Assembly: GCA_963926275.1 (NCBI GenBank)
Contig: CAWUWP010000117.1
Location: 1-37,726 of the forward strand
Source of the DNA: an uncultured Gammaproteobacteria bacterium
Lineage (GTDB): Bacteria; Pseudomonadota; Gammaproteobacteria; UBA4575
Length of the DNA stretch: 37,726 nucleotides
Direction of reading: 5' to 3'
Shown here: in pieces, positions 36,024-37,726 of the stretch
How the letters are laid out: the number at the start of each line of letters is the position of its first letter
Position numbering within the stretch: position 1 is the first letter of the stretch
Position numbers and translations under genes: made by a program
Notes under the pieces: model-generated
Told to the model about the DNA's origin: nothing
Database searches by the model: none
The model's input: the letters and a program-made list of their open reading frames with translations, nothing else

Positions 36024-37370
36024 CTACAATAATAACCATGTAGCTAAGCCAAGAAAAGCAAAAATACCCACCACGTCTGTCACTGTTGTGAGTGCAACAC
36101 CACCTGCAAGTGCAGGATCGATGCCGTATTTTCTTAACGCAATTGGAATAGCGACACCAGCTAGTCCTGCGCAGACTAAATTAGCCATCATTGCCAGTGC
36201 GATAATCAAACCAAGTTGTAAGTCATGAAACCATACAATGGCGATAATCGCGACTATCACCGACCAGAGTAAACCGTTAAGTATGCCAATGCCTAGTTCG
36301 CGCAGTAATAGACTTCGCGAGTTGGCTTTACCAATTTGCTTCAGCGCTAAACCTCGAATGACTAAGGTTAAGGTTTGACTGCCGGCAATGCCGCCCATAC
36401 TTGCAACCACCGGTATTAGTATTGCTAATACAATAAGTTGCTCAAGTGTTTCTTGAAATAAGCTGATTACCCATGCTGCTAAAAATGCCGTCAACATGTT
36501 GACGCCCAACCATAATGCGCGTCGGCGAGTAGATTTGGTGATGGGAGCAAATAAATCTTCATCTTCAGTTAAGCCGGCCATACTCATAATTGAGTGCTCA
36601 CCTTCTTCACGAATAACATCGACTACATCATCAATCGTGATGCGGCCGAGTAGCTTGCCAGTTTCATCAATTACTGGAGCTGTGATCAAATCTAGATTTT
36701 CGAATGTATGTGCGACATCGGTGGCGCTATCCGTGACCAAGATCGGTTCAATGTTGTTCTGTAATAAATCTTGGACGACAGTTGATGGATCATTGGTCAG
36801 AACATCAGCCAAGGTTAATGTGCCTATATACTTTTCATAACGGTCAACAACGAACAGACTATCGGTGTGTGCAGGAAGGTTTTTGCGTGAACGTAAATAC
36901 CGGAGTACGACGTCTAGACTAATTTGCTTGCGCACAGTGATAGTGTCTGGATTCATTAAACCGCCAGCACTATCTTCATCAAATGACAGTACCGCTTCCA
37001 GGCGATGGCGATCACTGATGTCAAGATTACTGAGTGCGGTATCAGAGACTGCGCTTGGAAGGTCAGCCAATAAATCAGCCAAGTCATCAAGGTCAAGTCC
37101 TTCGGTAGCAGAGATCAATTGCTCCTTATCCATCACTTCGATCAGCCCACTTCGGACTTCATCAACCACGTGGAGAAGAATCTCGCCATCATCATCGTGA
37201 TCTAACATGTTCCAAATGAACATACGTTGTGACTGAGGCAGTGACTCTAATAAGTGGGCAATTTCAGCCGGATGGAAAGCATTTAATATGCGCCCAGCAC
37301 GTTGCATCTCGCCTGAATCGAGTGCTTCTGTGATGATTTGTAGATTGTCACGTACTTGGGTGTCTAGCAT
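36024..37370 (-). CDS. mgtE: Magnesium transporter MgtE
   Basis: N-domain, tandem CBS (VVDRYEKYIGTLTL, VIDETGKLLGRITIDDVVDVI) and a 5-TM MgtE channel domain with GGIAGSQ. Confidence 0.95.
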   Translation of the reverse strand: MLDTQVRDNLQIITEALDSGEMQRAGRILNAFHPAEIAHLLESLPQSQRMFIWNMLDHDDDGEILLHVVDEVRSGLIEVMDKEQLISATEGLDLDDLADLLADLPSAVSDTALSNLDISDRHRLEAVLSFDEDSAGGLMNPDTITVRKQISLDVVLRYLRSRKNLPAHTDSLFVVDRYEKYIGTLTLADVLTNDPSTVVQDLLQNNIEPILVTDSATDVAHTFENLDLITAPVIDETGKLLGRITIDDVVDVIREEGEHSIMSMAGLTEDEDLFAPITKSTRRRALWLGVNMLTAFLAAWVISLFQETLEQLIVLAILIPVVASMGGIAGSQTLTLVIRGLALKQIGKANSRSLLLRELGIGILNGLLWSVIVAIIAIVWFHDLQLGLIIALAMMANLVCAGLAGVAIPIALRKYGIDPALAGGVALTTVTDVVGIFAFLGLATWLLL

Positions 37371-37535
37371 TGCGAATCCTTGATTGCGCCGTTAGCGCAT
37401 AGCTGCAATCAAGTGTACCCGTTAGTTAAGCGAATGCAAAAAAGGTTTTTTAAGTTAAAGTTGTAAATTGTGCAAGAAAAACATGCGACTATTAAGAAGT
37501 CTATTGTGTAAAGTGGATGTCACATTAGTGAAGTA

Positions 37536-37726
37536 TTATTGGTTGAGCTCATCGACTAGTGCATGAATTTTGTCTGGCCTAGTAGAAGCACTAAGAATGC
37601 GCTTACATTGAGGCTCTAGTTTTTTAATTGAGCTAGAATTTATAATTGATTTAACATCAAGTACGGTAGCGGGATGAGCGCTAAAGTGCCTTAAGCCCAT
37701 GCCAAGTAACAAGCGTGTATAGCGAG
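37536..37726 (-). CDS. PEP-protein phosphotransferase (enzyme I family, PtsP/PtsI) C-terminal fragment; gene continues beyond the window
   Basis: My manual minus-strand translation gives ..RYTRLLLGMGLRHFSAHPATVLDVKSIINSSSIKKLEPQCKRILSASTRPDKIHALVDELNQ*. LLLGMGL..(F/L)S resembles the enzyme-I C-terminus. Confidence 0.5.
   Translation of the reverse strand, partial: RYTRLLLGMGLRHFSAHPATVLDVKSIINSSSIKKLEPQCKRILSASTRPDKIHALVDELNQ

Overview
AT-rich, gammaproteobacterium-like chromosomal window. Most of it is housekeeping: dinB, nrdA/nrdB with NrdR and DnaA boxes, rimO, an NAD-type isocitrate dehydrogenase, nth, metG divergent from apbC/mrp, dcd, mgtE, and the 3' end of an enzyme-I (PtsP/PtsI) gene. 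Several accessory modules are interspersed. The stand-out is a minus-strand cluster at 25002-29299. It encodes a Sec-exported 97-aa repeat peptide whose five Cys all sit in EGKCGE motifs. Downstream come a strong hairpin and terminator, a membrane-anchored FMN glutamate-synthase-domain oxidoreductase, DoxX, a DUF692/MNIO enzyme and its DUF2063 partner. I read this as an MNIO-dependent, Cys-modifying RiPP metallophore system, related to the bufferin/gig and HvfABC/methanobactin logic, carrying an extra enzyme that those systems do not explain. Other modules worth a second look: (1) a dsrN/dsrR-like pair fused into one operon with a GAF histidine kinase, a NarL-type regulator and a rhodanese; (2) a cytoplasmic molybdopterin oxidoreductase translationally coupled to an FNR-ferredoxin fusion; (3) an ATM1-type ABC exporter followed by a stand-alone S24 domain that lacks the catalytic Lys; (4) Met-rich and His-rich secreted proteins; (5) an amber-interrupted DUF3293 gene; (6) an orphan ribbon-helix-helix gene with a palindromic operator; (7) a decayed haloacid-dehalogenase remnant. 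I saw no rRNA, tRNA, CRISPR array or transposase. All family assignments come from motif recognition by eye, not from searches.
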